A stretch of DNA of 64,000 nucleotides from Patescibacteria group bacterium (GCA_041648575.1 JBAZOT010000002.1:34038-98037); one strand, 5' to 3'; shown: positions 9,083 to 19,878, counted from the first letter of the stretch. Notes: a model not told the origin generated them from the letters alone. Numbers and translations: made by a program.

Positions 9083-12000
9083 TTACTCAATAGCAAAATT
9101 GGCTGTAAAAGTTAAGTTGTTACTAGGCATAGTAAAATTACATGTTGAAACAGTATTATCTCCTCCATCACAAGTAATGCCACTCCAATTTGAAAATGCA
9201 TAAAAATCTGCTGGTACAGCAGTTAAAGAAATAGATGCTCCACTAGCGGCTGATTTTGATATAGTACTACATCTAGTGCCACAAGTGATGCTGGCACTTG
9301 GCAAGCTAATAGAACCACTTACAGAACCTGCTGAAGAAGCTGGCGTTTTACTACCAGTAAGAGTATAGGTAACAACAAAATTAGCTGTGACTGATTTAGG
9401 AGCAGTTCCCATAGTTATAGATACGGGGCTAGTGGTACCACTGGCATCACCACTCCAATTCGAAAATCCATAACCACTATTGGCTGTGGCAGTTAATTGA
9501 ATAACTTCTCCATTAACATATGTATATGAATTAGCAACACAACCTGCGGAGTTGGCCAGACTGACAGCTATGGTACCACCACTTGATGGAAGAACTGACC
9601 TAGTAAGGGCGTAACAGACATTAAACGTTGTTGTCACTGATTTAGCGCTACTCATAGTAACAGTAGTAGGATTGGTTAAATTATTATTAGTACCAGTCCA
9701 ACTGGCGAAAGCATAACCACTAGCTGGTGCAGCTGTTAGTGTCACAGAAGCATTAAGAGTGTATTGCCCTGCTGAACAGCCCGTAGAATTGGCTGGATTG
9801 GCTACAATGGTACCACCGCCAGTAGGACTGACAGAAGTGGTAAGGGTGTAACAAGTAACGGCTGCTGCGCCGGTTACCTGATTTCCTGTGGTTGGGGTTG
9901 ATTTGTAGTTAGTTCCCTGAGCATATCCTGATGTATCTACCGTGCCTTTATATTCGTATACCGCTACATAGTAGGTGGTGCTGGCGGTAAGCCCGGTAAC
10001 TGCTACGCTGGTACCGGTGCCTTTATACATCACGTAATTACCGGTGGTACCAAGCTGCGTGCCACTACCAAATATCGTATTAGCAGTATAAGTAGTATAC
10101 GTGCCGTCTACTGGGTCGGAGTTAACCACCGCGCCTGATTTCATTAATACTATTACTCCGTCGCCGTTGCCGTTGCCGCGAGTCCAATTTACGGTCATAG
10201 TCGTTGAGGTGACAGAAGCAAAACCTACCCCAGTTGCTTGAGTTGATGGCTCGGTATAGAAGCTGCCATCTGAAGAGTAACCTGTACCAGCTGAATTAAT
10301 GGCATATCCTCTATAGTACAAAAGCGTGCCAGCGGTTAATCCTATCCTGGCATCAGTGAAAACGCCAATAGTCCCTGCTCCTTTAGTAGAACAGGTACCA
10401 GTCGTCAGTGTCGGAGCTGGTGCAGTACTCCAGCAGGTTCCATATTGGGTGATAATCGCGCCGCCGGTGGAAGTAATATTGGCGCCTAAGGTAGCTGTGG
10501 TAGAAGTAATAGAAGCGGAGGTAGGTGAACCAATCACAGGAGCGGTAACGGCGGCGGGAGTAGTAGTGAAAGGTTTTACTATGCCGTAATGATAATATGG
10601 CGATAAATTTGGTAAGAACAAATAAGCGCAATAATAGTAAGTTTTATCCGGTTGAAGCGCCAGAGTATCATTACCATCTCCTATTATAGCGTTTTTCTCA
10701 TTAGGTGACTGGCCAAATAACTGATCTCCAATCAAGTTAGCCTTATCAATAACAAGGCTAGGATATGATGAGTGACTTAACGAAGAACAAGAATTATTTA
10801 TACTAGAATACTTAAATTGAGCCGTTGGTGTACCTGAAGCCGCTGGGGTAGTACCATTTAAATTAATTGTACCGCTTAAAGTCACTTGAGTTGATCCTAT
10901 GGTAACAGGATCACCAGTTGTAACAATCGGCGCACCAGGCAACCGGAAAGTAGCAGTAACTGAAGTAGAGCCAGCAACAGTTGTGGTACAAGGGTTAGTA
11001 ATTCCAGTGCAAGCACCTACCCAACCTCCAAAAACAGCTGGGGTAGTCGCGGTGGCGGTTAAGGTTATACTATTACCAAGAGGATAAACATAAGAACAAG
11101 TGCCGGAACTACAATTAACTGTCTGTGGACTATCATTGCTAGTAACTCTACCTGTTCCAGATATAGTTACTGCGAGCGCGCCAGCTTCTGCTTGCCAGCC
11201 GTAGAAAACCATTACACCCTGATTAGTAAAAGCAAAACGATCGGCCGTACCTTGCCACAAGCGCAGTTGGTCTTTATTAGCTACCACCGCATCAGTAGTG
11301 CTGGTGTAAATTCCCCAGTGACTGCTGTCGGAAGTTCCCAAATCAATTTCCGGATTGCCAGTTGATTTAGAAAGATAAATCCTAGGACCCTTGCCAGTCT
11401 CGCCTACTAAACCCAATCTCGTGCCGTCAAAAAAACCAGCAGTACTTGGCGTGGCTGTACCAATGCCCACAATACCAACAAGATTAGCGGAAGTACCTTT
11501 AAAAATATTACTAGTCGTGCCTTCTTGCGTCCACAAGTCACCGGCTCCTATTCCACCCGCGGCCCAGGTTTCAATACAATCAGGGTCGCTACCAGCATCA
11601 GGCCCATCGGGTAAACAATATTTTTTAGCAAAAACGCGTGCATCAAAATAACCAGCCCAAGAAGTAGCATCGGTGGCTAAACCATAAATTGCATAAGCAC
11701 TGGTTTTGTTAGTAGCAGTGCCATAAACAGCATAACTACTGTTAACCCCAGCCACGCCGTAAATTGCATAACTACCAGACCCACTAACCACGCCATACAC
11801 TGCTTTTTCACCAGAGTGGGTTTGAATGGCACTAACTGTCGCATCGCTAATGGGGATTATAGGTGGAACGGCGTTGGAAAAACTACCAGCTGGAGCTAAA
11901 ATATAACTGCCAAAACTCCCAGTTCCCCCAAAACTGCCGCTGCCGGAAATATTTATTTTGCCGTCTTGTAAAACGCCGCTTCCTGTGGGTAATAGCCAAA

Positions 12001-12124
12001 CTGGTCCAGGTAAATTCGGTGTCGGTGGATTTTGGCTTGGATCTTGCCAAGCACCAAATACCCAAGAACCTACCCATAAAAAAGGTAGAGCAATCAAAAA
12101 CGCAATAAATAATCGTTTATTCAT
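9083..12124 (-). CDS. Large modular surface/adhesin-like protein (beta-roll head, FN3-like and InlB-B-repeat-like domains)
   Basis: Signal peptide, AWQDPSQNPP N-terminus, AVYG/AIYG repeats, VGIGTATP, repeated YTLT...VTLTA.P.SGY.F..W.G domains, TTYYVAVYEY FN3 motif. Confidence 0.7.
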   Translation of the reverse strand: MNKRLFIAFLIALPFLWVGSWVFGAWQDPSQNPPTPNLPGPVWLLPTGSGVLQDGKINISGSGSFGGTGSFGSYILAPAGSFSNAVPPIIPISDATVSAIQTHSGEKAVYGVVSGSGSYAIYGVAGVNSSYAVYGTATNKTSAYAIYGLATDATSWAGYFDARVFAKKYCLPDGPDAGSDPDCIETWAAGGIGAGDLWTQEGTTSNIFKGTSANLVGIVGIGTATPSTAGFFDGTRLGLVGETGKGPRIYLSKSTGNPEIDLGTSDSSHWGIYTSTTDAVVANKDQLRLWQGTADRFAFTNQGVMVFYGWQAEAGALAVTISGTGRVTSNDSPQTVNCSSGTCSYVYPLGNSITLTATATTPAVFGGWVGACTGITNPCTTTVAGSTSVTATFRLPGAPIVTTGDPVTIGSTQVTLSGTINLNGTTPAASGTPTAQFKYSSINNSCSSLSHSSYPSLVIDKANLIGDQLFGQSPNEKNAIIGDGNDTLALQPDKTYYYCAYLFLPNLSPYYHYGIVKPFTTTPAAVTAPVIGSPTSASITSTTATLGANITSTGGAIITQYGTCWSTAPAPTLTTGTCSTKGAGTIGVFTDARIGLTAGTLLYYRGYAINSAGTGYSSDGSFYTEPSTQATGVGFASVTSTTMTVNWTRGNGNGDGVIVLMKSGAVVNSDPVDGTYTTYTANTIFGSGTQLGTTGNYVMYKGTGTSVAVTGLTASTTYYVAVYEYKGTVDTSGYAQGTNYKSTPTTGNQVTGAAAVTCYTLTTSVSPTGGGTIVANPANSTGCSAGQYTLNASVTLTAAPASGYAFASWTGTNNNLTNPTTVTMSSAKSVTTTFNVCYALTRSVLPSSGGTIAVSLANSAGCVANSYTYVNGEVIQLTATANSGYGFSNWSGDASGTTSPVSITMGTAPKSVTANFVVTYTLTGSKTPASSAGSVSGSISLPSASITCGTRCSTISKSAASGASISLTAVPADFYAFSNWSGITCDGGDNTVSTCNFTMPSNNLTFTANFAIE

Positions 12125-12331
12125 TGTGTATTACAGTTAATTATCATCTAAGATATTAATTCTGCGAATTTTAAGCTAATACTAGACATTATTTAATGCC
12201 TATTTATATTGATTACTTATCTATTATAGCATAAAAATATGCATTAGGCAAGTCTAATTATTAATGTTTTTAGTTTAATAATCTTTTTTTTATGTTATGA
12301 TGTTAATGTATTTACTAACTATAAAAAAATT

Positions 12332-12925
12332 ATGTCTGAATATATCGTTACTAACAAAACCATCGCGCTGATTATTGTGGCAAGTGTTATCATAGCAGCG
12401 ATAGTTGGTTTTATTTGTTATAACCTTGGCTTGTCATATGGTATACAACAAAGGCCAACTGCTAAATCGCAACAACCGCTTGCTGAAATAAACGACTTAC
12501 CCAACCAGCCAGCATCACCAGAAAGCCAGCCAACGGCCGAGCCCAGCGCCGAAGTCGAGGCGGTAGAGATTCCAATTTCCGGAGAACCAGTGGTAAGCGA
12601 AGGTCAAACAATTATCAATGGTAAAGTTAACACCGTAACTGCCAATGGACTAACGGTTGATGTTGATAATGTAACGCTTAATTCCGCAACTGGTAAATAT
12701 ACACAAGCAACTATCACCTATACTGTAACAGTCACTGCTAAAACCAAAATAGTAGAACAGAATTCTACTGTTACTGTTTTACCAGGGCAAGATCCGCAAG
12801 TAACTACCACCTATAAAAATATGAAACTTGGTGATTTACAAGTAGGTGAAAAAATTACTGTTTTTACTGATCAAGAAATTAATACCAAAAGTTTAACAGC
12901 TACTGAAATCCGATTGCTGCCTTAA
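12332..12925 (+). CDS. Single-TM protein with DUF5666-like OB domain
   Basis: TM helix, Pro-rich linker, DLQVGEKITV...LTATEIRL ending. Confidence 0.5.
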   Translation: MSEYIVTNKTIALIIVASVIIAAIVGFICYNLGLSYGIQQRPTAKSQQPLAEINDLPNQPASPESQPTAEPSAEVEAVEIPISGEPVVSEGQTIINGKVNTVTANGLTVDVDNVTLNSATGKYTQATITYTVTVTAKTKIVEQNSTVTVLPGQDPQVTTTYKNMKLGDLQVGEKITVFTDQEINTKSLTATEIRLLP

Positions 12926-12932
12926 AATATTT

Positions 12933-13021
12933 ATAACACCGTAACACTGTAACAATTTAACACTTTAGCAGTTTGGCACTGTAACAATATAACAGTGTGA
13001 CAATGTAACACTATAACATTA
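12933..13021. repeat. Degenerate period-8 tandem repeat (TAACANTN), about 11 units
   Basis: taacaccg taacactg taacaatt taacactt tagcagtt tggcactg taacaata taacagtg tgacaatg taacacta taacatta. Confidence 0.75.
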
Positions 13022-13065
13022 TTTATAATTTTATTTTTTAACTTTTAATCTTTAATTTTTATTCT

Positions 13066-13623
13066 ATGACTACACTTTCCTGGATTATACTAATTGTGGT
13101 GGCAATAATTGTTGTTTGGATTATTGCTGCCTACAATCGCTTTATCAGCCTACGCAACCGCTCGCAAGAAGCTTGGAGCGATATTGATGTACAACTAAAA
13201 CGTCGTTACGACTTGATTCCAAATTTAATGGAAACAGTTAAGGGGTATGCTAAGCACGAGGAGGGTGTGTTTACTAAAGTTACTGATGCAAGAACCAAAG
13301 CCATGAGCGCCCAAGGAGCAGCTGCTAAAGGTGAGGCGGAAAACATGTTAACAGAAACTTTAAAGAGTTTATTCGCGGTAGCGGAAAATTATCCCGATCT
13401 TAAGGCCAGCGCCAATTTTGCCAAACTGCAAGACGAACTGTCGGATACGGAAAATAAAATTCAAGCAGCGCGCCGCTTTTACAACGGCCTAGTACGCGAC
13501 TTTAATACCGCGGTGCAAGTCTTTCCTTCTAATATTATTGCCAACTTGTTTCGCTTTACGGCGCGAGAATTCTTTGAGCTGGAAAACGAAGCTGAAAAGC
13601 AAAATGTGAAAGTTGCGTTTTAG
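13066..13623 (+). CDS. lemA: LemA family protein
   Basis: [30 protein letters not shown]. Confidence 0.95.
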   Translation: MTTLSWIILIVVAIIVVWIIAAYNRFISLRNRSQEAWSDIDVQLKRRYDLIPNLMETVKGYAKHEEGVFTKVTDARTKAMSAQGAAAKGEAENMLTETLKSLFAVAENYPDLKASANFAKLQDELSDTENKIQAARRFYNGLVRDFNTAVQVFPSNIIANLFRFTAREFFELENEAEKQNVKVAF

Positions 13624-13693
13624 AATAAGTAGTTATGAGTAAGGAATCATGAATATTCTTTATTCGTGATTCTTAATTCTTGATTCAGTATTT

Positions 13694-14593
13694 ATGTATA
13701 ACCAAATAGCCAGCAACAAAAGGAAAACTATTCTGCTAATTATTGTGTTTGTGGCAGTAATTTTTGGCTTGGCTTGGGGCTTGGCTGGTTTTTATGGTGA
13801 GGAATATTATATATATTTTCCGCTGGCTATTATAATTTCGGTCGTTATGACTTTGGTTTCATATTTTTCCAGTGACAAGGTTGCTTTAAAAATGTCTGCA
13901 GCTCGGGGTCCGGTTTCTAAAGAAGAAAACGCTTATGTTTATAGAATGGTAGAGAATCTTTGTATTACTGCTGGGCTCCCCTTGCCCAAAATTTATTTAA
14001 TTGACTCCCCGGCTATTAATGCTTTTGCTTGCGGGCGTAATCCCCAGCATTCATCTATTGCTTTAACGCACGGCGCTATAGAAAAGTTAACCAATGAAGA
14101 GCTAGAAGGGGTAATTGCTCATGAATTATCGCATGTAAAAAACTATGACATTTTAGTGATGACCATAATAATTATTTTAGTGGGAATAATAACCATTGTA
14201 ACTGATATTTTTTTTAGATCGCAGTTGTATGGCCGTGGCTTACATCGCAGTAGTAGTAATAATCGCGGCGGTAATCCTTTAATGCTAATCGGCTTTGTTT
14301 TAATGATTCTTTCTCCAATTATTGCCCAACTTATAAAACTCGCTATCTCGCGCAAACGTGAATTTTTAGCTGATGCTTCGGGCTCGCTATTAACGCGCTA
14401 CCCCGAAGGGCTAGCTAGGGCGTTGGAAAAAATCCGCGACGATAGTAACCAGTTAGAAAAAGTTTCAGAAGCCACTGCTCATTTATTTATTTCCAGCCCA
14501 CTAAAAGGCAAAACATTGGCCCGACTTTTTTCCACCCATCCCCCACTCGAAGAAAGAATTCAAGCATTACGTCAAATGGGTAATATAAAATAA
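13694..14593 (+). CDS. htpX: HtpX / M48 zinc metalloprotease
   Basis: NAFACG, AHELSH, SRKREFLAD, STHPPLEERI; follows lemA. Confidence 0.92.
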   Translation: MYNQIASNKRKTILLIIVFVAVIFGLAWGLAGFYGEEYYIYFPLAIIISVVMTLVSYFSSDKVALKMSAARGPVSKEENAYVYRMVENLCITAGLPLPKIYLIDSPAINAFACGRNPQHSSIALTHGAIEKLTNEELEGVIAHELSHVKNYDILVMTIIIILVGIITIVTDIFFRSQLYGRGLHRSSSNNRGGNPLMLIGFVLMILSPIIAQLIKLAISRKREFLADASGSLLTRYPEGLARALEKIRDDSNQLEKVSEATAHLFISSPLKGKTLARLFSTHPPLEERIQALRQMGNIK

Positions 14594-14594
14594 T

Positions 14595-15029
14595 ATGCTG
14601 CACGCCAAACTTCCGGTAGCGGTTCATGTTTTTGTTATTAAAAATAATAAGATTCTTTTCATGAAGAGAATAAACACTGCCTGGCAAGATCATAAATGGT
14701 CTGTGCCGGCAGGCAGGGTAAATGCTGGTGAAGCGATAAGTCGTGCGGCTATCAGAGAAGTTAAAGAAGAAGTGGGAATAAAAATTAAAAAACAAAATCT
14801 ATCCAAACCGCTAATTATGCATTTCAACGATAAGAAAAAAGAACGGATCTATATTTTTTTTACCTGCCGATCATACCAAGGAATTCCCCATAATCTAGAA
14901 CCAAAAACTTGTAGTTATATTAAATGGTTTAAACTAAACCAATTACCTCATAAATTATTACCGCGACACATTACTGTTGCCTGGAATGCTATATTAAAAG
15001 GCAACGCGTATTTAGAATTGGGATTTTAA
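14595..15029 (+). CDS. NUDIX hydrolase
   Basis: Nudix box GRVNAGEAISRAAIREVKEEVGI. Confidence 0.9.
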   Translation: MLHAKLPVAVHVFVIKNNKILFMKRINTAWQDHKWSVPAGRVNAGEAISRAAIREVKEEVGIKIKKQNLSKPLIMHFNDKKKERIYIFFTCRSYQGIPHNLEPKTCSYIKWFKLNQLPHKLLPRHITVAWNAILKGNAYLELGF

Positions 15030-15154
15030 CCGCACTGTAAAAAATTAACAAAATACTTTATATTAGAGCACTGGAACACTTTAGCACCGAAACACTTGAA
15101 TAAGGTGCTTATTTGTTGTACTGTTTTAATGTAATAATACCATAGTAAAAAAGG

Positions 15155-15235
15155 TTATCGCGAGCAAAACGCGGCGTTCTATTATAAAAAAGATTGCTTC
15201 GTTATTCCGCCATCGGTGGAACACCTCGCAATGAC
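15155..15235. repeat. Degenerate REP/RPE-like inverted pair with nested palindrome
   Basis: gttatcgcgagc...agattgcttcgtta[ttccgccatcggtggaa]cacctcgcaatgac. Confidence 0.55.
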
Positions 15236-15243
15236 AAATTCAT

Positions 15244-17751
15244 ATGTCAAATATCCTATCTAAATTTTCCACCCATTATCAAAAAATATTAAACTGGGCT
15301 ATAACTTATGCCCAAAGCACTGGTCGGCAAAAACTGGAAGTGTCTGATTTAATATTGGCACTGGCTTCGGCACGTGGAAGTTTGGCCGCGGAAATTTTGG
15401 AACGCCACGGTTTAACCCCCACTACCTTGCGTGAAAAACTGGGTAGTAACCCGGTAAGTTTGTTGCCAGCGGGAACTACTAAACATTTTGAGCTGCAAGA
15501 AATTTTAACTACACATTTATCTGAGGTTACCAAAAAAGTAATTGAAAAATCAGTGGTAGCAGCCTGGCGCTATCAGCATCATTATGTGGGCACGGAACAT
15601 TTATTAGAAGCATTAGTGACGGAAAATGGTGAGGAAACCACAAAGCTTTGGCAAAAATTAAATATCAATGTAATTAATTTGAAACAAAGCATTAGTTCAG
15701 TTTTAAAAAGCACTTCCAAATTTCCCGATATTACTGAAATGTTTTCTCCATTTGATCTTAAAACCGAAGCTAGAGACGCTGACAATTTACAAGCCTTAGA
15801 ATTTTTTGGCACTAATTTAACCAGTGACGAAGTACAAAATAAAATTGATCCGGTAATCGGCCGCGCCAAGGAAATTACCCGACTAATAAATATCTTAGCC
15901 CGCCGCACCAAAAACAATCCCCTACTTTTGGGTGATCCTGGCGTAGGAAAAACTGCTATTGTGGAAGGATTGGCTAAACGAATTTTAGCCGGTCAAGTAC
16001 CAGATTGGCTAATGGATAAAAAAATTTATGCGCTGGATCTAGGCTTGGTAATTGCCGGCACTATGTACCGAGGCGAATTTGAAAGCCGAATGAAACAAAT
16101 AATTGATGAGATGAAAACCAACCCTGATCTAATTTTATTTATTGACGAAATCCACACTATTGTGGGCACGGGTTCAGCACCAGGTTCACTGGATTTAGCT
16201 AATTTATTAAAACCAGCTTTGGCTAAGGGTTATATTCGCTGTATTGGCGCCACCACTCAAGAGGAATATAAAAAAAATATAGAATCCGACCCCGCTTTAG
16301 AACGCCGCTTTCAAACATTAACGGTTAAAGAAGTTTCTTTAGAAGAGGCTAAGCAAGTATTAATGGGTATTAAGGCAAATTATGAAAAATTTCACAATGT
16401 AACTATTGTTGAAGAAATAATTGACCAAACACTTTACTTAGCCGAACGATATTTACCAGATAAATTTTTGCCAGACAAAGCTATTGATATTTTAGACGAA
16501 GCATCATCTAATTTGCGAACTCAAATAACGCCTTCGCCTGAATTTAAACAACAAAAAGAATTAAACACCAAGCTAAAACAATTAACCGAAGCCAAAGAAC
16601 TGGCAATTGATGAAGAAAATTTTATTTTAGCTACCCAATATAAAGAGGAGGAGACGAAAGTGGAAACTGAATTAACTAAACTGACAGAACAGATACAACG
16701 ACAAAAAATTCCTGCCAATAAACTAACTAGACAAGACATTGCCACTGTAGTTTCACAAATGACTGGCGTAGAAATTACTGAACTATTAGATAATGAAAAA
16801 AGTAAATTAACCCAACTAGAGCAAATCATTGGTAAATATTTAAAAGGACAAAACGAAGCAGTAACTACAGTTAGCCGATTTATTCGCCGCGGCCGGCTAG
16901 GAATTGCCAGTAGTACCAAACCTGTTGGCTCGTTTATGTTTTTAGGGCCATCGGGCGTTGGCAAAACCGAACTGGCAAAAATTCTAGCGCGCGAAGTGTT
17001 TGGTGATGAAAACTCATTAATTAGACTAGATATGTCGGAATTTGCCGAAGCTTTTAATATTTCTAAATTAATTGGCGCACCGGCTGGATATATTGGCTAC
17101 AAGGATTCTAACAAACTTACTGATCAAGTTAAGCGACACCCCGCATCGGTAGTATTGTTTGATGAAATAGAAAAAGCTCATGCTGATGTGTTTAATTTGT
17201 TATTGCAGATTTTAGACGAAGGCCACTTAACTGATGCCGCAGGTAAACAAATTAATTTTAAAAATTGCCTAATTATTTTAACTTCTAACTTAGGCCTAAA
17301 AGAATTGAACCAGCAGGCCACAATTGGCTTTGAAGCGGATTCTGAAGGCGCTAAGAAAAAATTTATCGACCGATTTGCAGCAACCAAAGCTACTATTTTG
17401 GCAGAAGTAAAAAAATTTTTTCGGCCAGAATTTTTAAATCGCTTAGATGCTGTGCTGGTATTTAATCCGCTAGCAGAAAAAGATTTAGAAGAAATTGTAA
17501 AATTACAACTTCAAGAATTAGACGAACGCATTAAACAGCAAAAATTACCAGTAAAAATAAAATTAGGGCGTGGGGCGGCTAGAGTGATTGCTAAAAAAAC
17601 CTGGACACCGGATCAAGGCGCACGTGGTATTCGGCGCTTTATTCAAGAACAAATAGAAAATTTTATCTCGGATAAATTGCTATCTGGCAATAAAGAAAAA
17701 TCTATCACCGTGGCGATTAATGCTAAGGGTAAAGAGGTTGTGGTGGAATAA
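15244..17751 (+). CDS. clpC: ClpC-type ATP-dependent Clp protease ATPase
   Basis: Clp N domain, GDPGVGKT and GPSGVGKT Walker A motifs, UVR-like coiled coil, DMSEF. Confidence 0.92.
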   Translation: MSNILSKFSTHYQKILNWAITYAQSTGRQKLEVSDLILALASARGSLAAEILERHGLTPTTLREKLGSNPVSLLPAGTTKHFELQEILTTHLSEVTKKVIEKSVVAAWRYQHHYVGTEHLLEALVTENGEETTKLWQKLNINVINLKQSISSVLKSTSKFPDITEMFSPFDLKTEARDADNLQALEFFGTNLTSDEVQNKIDPVIGRAKEITRLINILARRTKNNPLLLGDPGVGKTAIVEGLAKRILAGQVPDWLMDKKIYALDLGLVIAGTMYRGEFESRMKQIIDEMKTNPDLILFIDEIHTIVGTGSAPGSLDLANLLKPALAKGYIRCIGATTQEEYKKNIESDPALERRFQTLTVKEVSLEEAKQVLMGIKANYEKFHNVTIVEEIIDQTLYLAERYLPDKFLPDKAIDILDEASSNLRTQITPSPEFKQQKELNTKLKQLTEAKELAIDEENFILATQYKEEETKVETELTKLTEQIQRQKIPANKLTRQDIATVVSQMTGVEITELLDNEKSKLTQLEQIIGKYLKGQNEAVTTVSRFIRRGRLGIASSTKPVGSFMFLGPSGVGKTELAKILAREVFGDENSLIRLDMSEFAEAFNISKLIGAPAGYIGYKDSNKLTDQVKRHPASVVLFDEIEKAHADVFNLLLQILDEGHLTDAAGKQINFKNCLIILTSNLGLKELNQQATIGFEADSEGAKKKFIDRFAATKATILAEVKKFFRPEFLNRLDAVLVFNPLAEKDLEEIVKLQLQELDERIKQQKLPVKIKLGRGAARVIAKKTWTPDQGARGIRRFIQEQIENFISDKLLSGNKEKSITVAINAKGKEVVVE

Positions 17752-17806
17752 TTTAATTACGCCATTTATTTAGAATAAATATTTAAGGTTTTTCTAAAAA
17801 GCAACT

Positions 17807-18672
17807 ATGATTGATTTGCACCTCCATTCTAGTTATTCTGATGGTATTTTGAATATAAAAGAATTATCCAAAAAAATTGTTAACGCTGGTATTTGTTACT
17901 GTTCCATTACGGATCATGATAATATTGATGGCGTTGATGAAATGGCTGATATTTTGCAGAAAAGCAAAGTTTATTTTATTAATGGGGTAGAGCTTTCCAC
18001 GCTGTACAAAAATCAAGAAGTTCATCTATTGATATATAATTTTAATTTACCGGCGGCAAAAAAATTATTCAAGAAAGAAACAGATTGGTTGAGAGCGAAA
18101 AAATTAAAGAATTAAAAGTGGCAATTGAATTATTTAAAAAACAGGGATTTGTGATAGACAATTCATTAATTCCAGAATCTAAAAAACCCATTGGCTTTAC
18201 CGTAGCTAAGAATATCTACCATAACAAAGAAACTCAAAAACTTTTGATTAAAAAACACGGCCACCTTCTCAATAAGCAGGAATTTTTTGATTATTATCAA
18301 GCTAAAGGCAGGCCATGTTACACCCCAAGAAGTGGAGTTAATGTAGCTTGGATACTTAAAAAATTTAACAATATAAGTAAGGACATTATTTTAGCACACC
18401 CTTTTACACCTGTTAGTTTCGTAATAAAACCATTAGAAGATAAGGATATTTATGATTTAATAAAAAAAGGAATTACAGGAATAGAAATTTATTACAAAAA
18501 TACTCCCCCTAAAAAAATTAGACTGCTGGAAAAAATTGTGAAGAAAAACAAACTTTTTTATACTGGCGGATCAGATTCACATGGTAAAAGTAATGATACT
18601 TCATTAGGTTATTATAATAATAATTCTAAAATACCTAGTTTTAGGTTAAGTAATTTAAGCTATAAAATATAA
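17807..18672 (+). pseudogene. PHP-domain phosphoesterase split by a -1 frameshift at an A7 run (18058-18064)
   Basis: DLHLHS, ITDHD, GVELS in the first frame; LAHP, GIEIYY, GGSDSHG in the second; one extra A restores ...PAAKKIIQERNRLVESE... Confidence 0.75.
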
Positions 18673-18675
18673 ATC

Positions 18676-18696
18676 AAAGGGATAGTGGTGGAGTAA
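18676..18696 (+). pseudogene. Diverged copy of the clpC 3' end (KGIVVE*)
   Basis: aaagggatagtggtggagtaa vs clpC aaagaggttgtggtggaataa, 17/21 identical including stop. Confidence 0.55.
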
Positions 18697-18727
18697 CATA
18701 TTTTTCACTACTTTTATTATTTTTTTA

Positions 18728-19092
18728 TTAGAGGCAGGGGACTCGGAGTTGCGAAGGCCGTCCCCTACCCCTAACAACTCCACCCCTGCCACGCTATTTT
18801 ATAACGCCTATTCAGCCAAACAAACTTGCTATGCCAAGCGGCCGACACACGCAAGTTCTTGTTGCTTCACTACGGCGTTATTAATAAAAAACTGCCAGCA
18901 TTGCGAAAGGTCAGCTCACGGTGCGGTACCTGAGCGAACGTTAAACTGGCGCGTGTTTTGTCCTTGTAGCATAGCGCCAGTAGTGAGCGAAGGTGGCACT
19001 GTCTGACCTGAAGCACTAGCTGGCGATTCTTTCTGCCATTTCTTTTAAAGAAATGGCAAAGAGTGTTTCTTAAAAAAGGTAACAAAGTACTT
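18728..19092 (-). ncRNA. Unassigned structured element, copy A
   Basis: Homologous to 42200-42455 with compensatory stem changes; stem mismatches become G-U on the minus strand. Confidence 0.6.
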
Positions 19093-19134
19093 TTAATAAA
19101 TGCCAAAAAATAATAAAAATGATAATATAAAAAA

Positions 19135-19878
19135 GTGTTAACTAATACCAAAACATACCAAACAATTAAAACTGGCTGGCAATTTATTTTAGATGCCATT
19201 TTCCCTACTTTTTGCTTAGCCTGCGACCAAGAAGGTCGCGGCTGGTGCTGTGATAAATGCTGGCTAAATATTTCTTTTAACCGAAGTTTATTTTGCCCAG
19301 CTTGCGACCAACAACAAATTTTAGGTAAATTTTGCGATAATTGTAAAAAAGATCAATCACTGACTGGGCTTTGGACAGCGCAAAATTATAGCCAGCCAAC
19401 TATCCGCGCCCTGATTCATGGTTTAAAATACAAAGGCATTACTGAAATTGCACCCCGTTTAGCAGATTTATTAACTATCACTTTAAAAATATTTTCCTTG
19501 CCACCAGCTTGGCACCCAACACCACGCCAACAATGGATTTTGTGTCCCGTTCCTTTAACAGGCAGACGCGAGCGTGAACGAGGTTTTAATCAAGCAGAAC
19601 TGTTGACTCAATTAGTAGTTGAACAAAATAATCTGCTTGGTAAAAATTTATTAATCAGAACCAAATTCAAAAAACCGCAAGTTGATTTACCAACGAGCGA
19701 GCGACACCAAAATGTAGAAAATGCTTTTACTATCTCCAAAGATGCCTCAATTAAAGACCAAACCATTATTTTAGTAGATGATGTTTATACTTCGGGCTCA
19801 ACTATGGAGGCCTGTGCTAAAGTATTAAAATTGTCTGGCGCACGGGAAATTTGGGGATTAGTAGTAGCTAAAGGATAA
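19135..19878 (+). CDS. comF: ComF family protein (double zinc ribbon + PRTase)
   Basis: CxxC pairs, ERGFNQA, LVDDVYTSGSTM. Confidence 0.92.
   Translation: MLTNTKTYQTIKTGWQFILDAIFPTFCLACDQEGRGWCCDKCWLNISFNRSLFCPACDQQQILGKFCDNCKKDQSLTGLWTAQNYSQPTIRALIHGLKYKGITEIAPRLADLLTITLKIFSLPPAWHPTPRQQWILCPVPLTGRRERERGFNQAELLTQLVVEQNNLLGKNLLIRTKFKKPQVDLPTSERHQNVENAFTISKDASIKDQTIILVDDVYTSGSTMEACAKVLKLSGAREIWGLVVAKG

Noticed and set aside
18749-19006. ORFs overlapping the structured elements (also 42184-42390)
   Set aside because: No protein similarity between the two copies; conservation is at base-pairing level.
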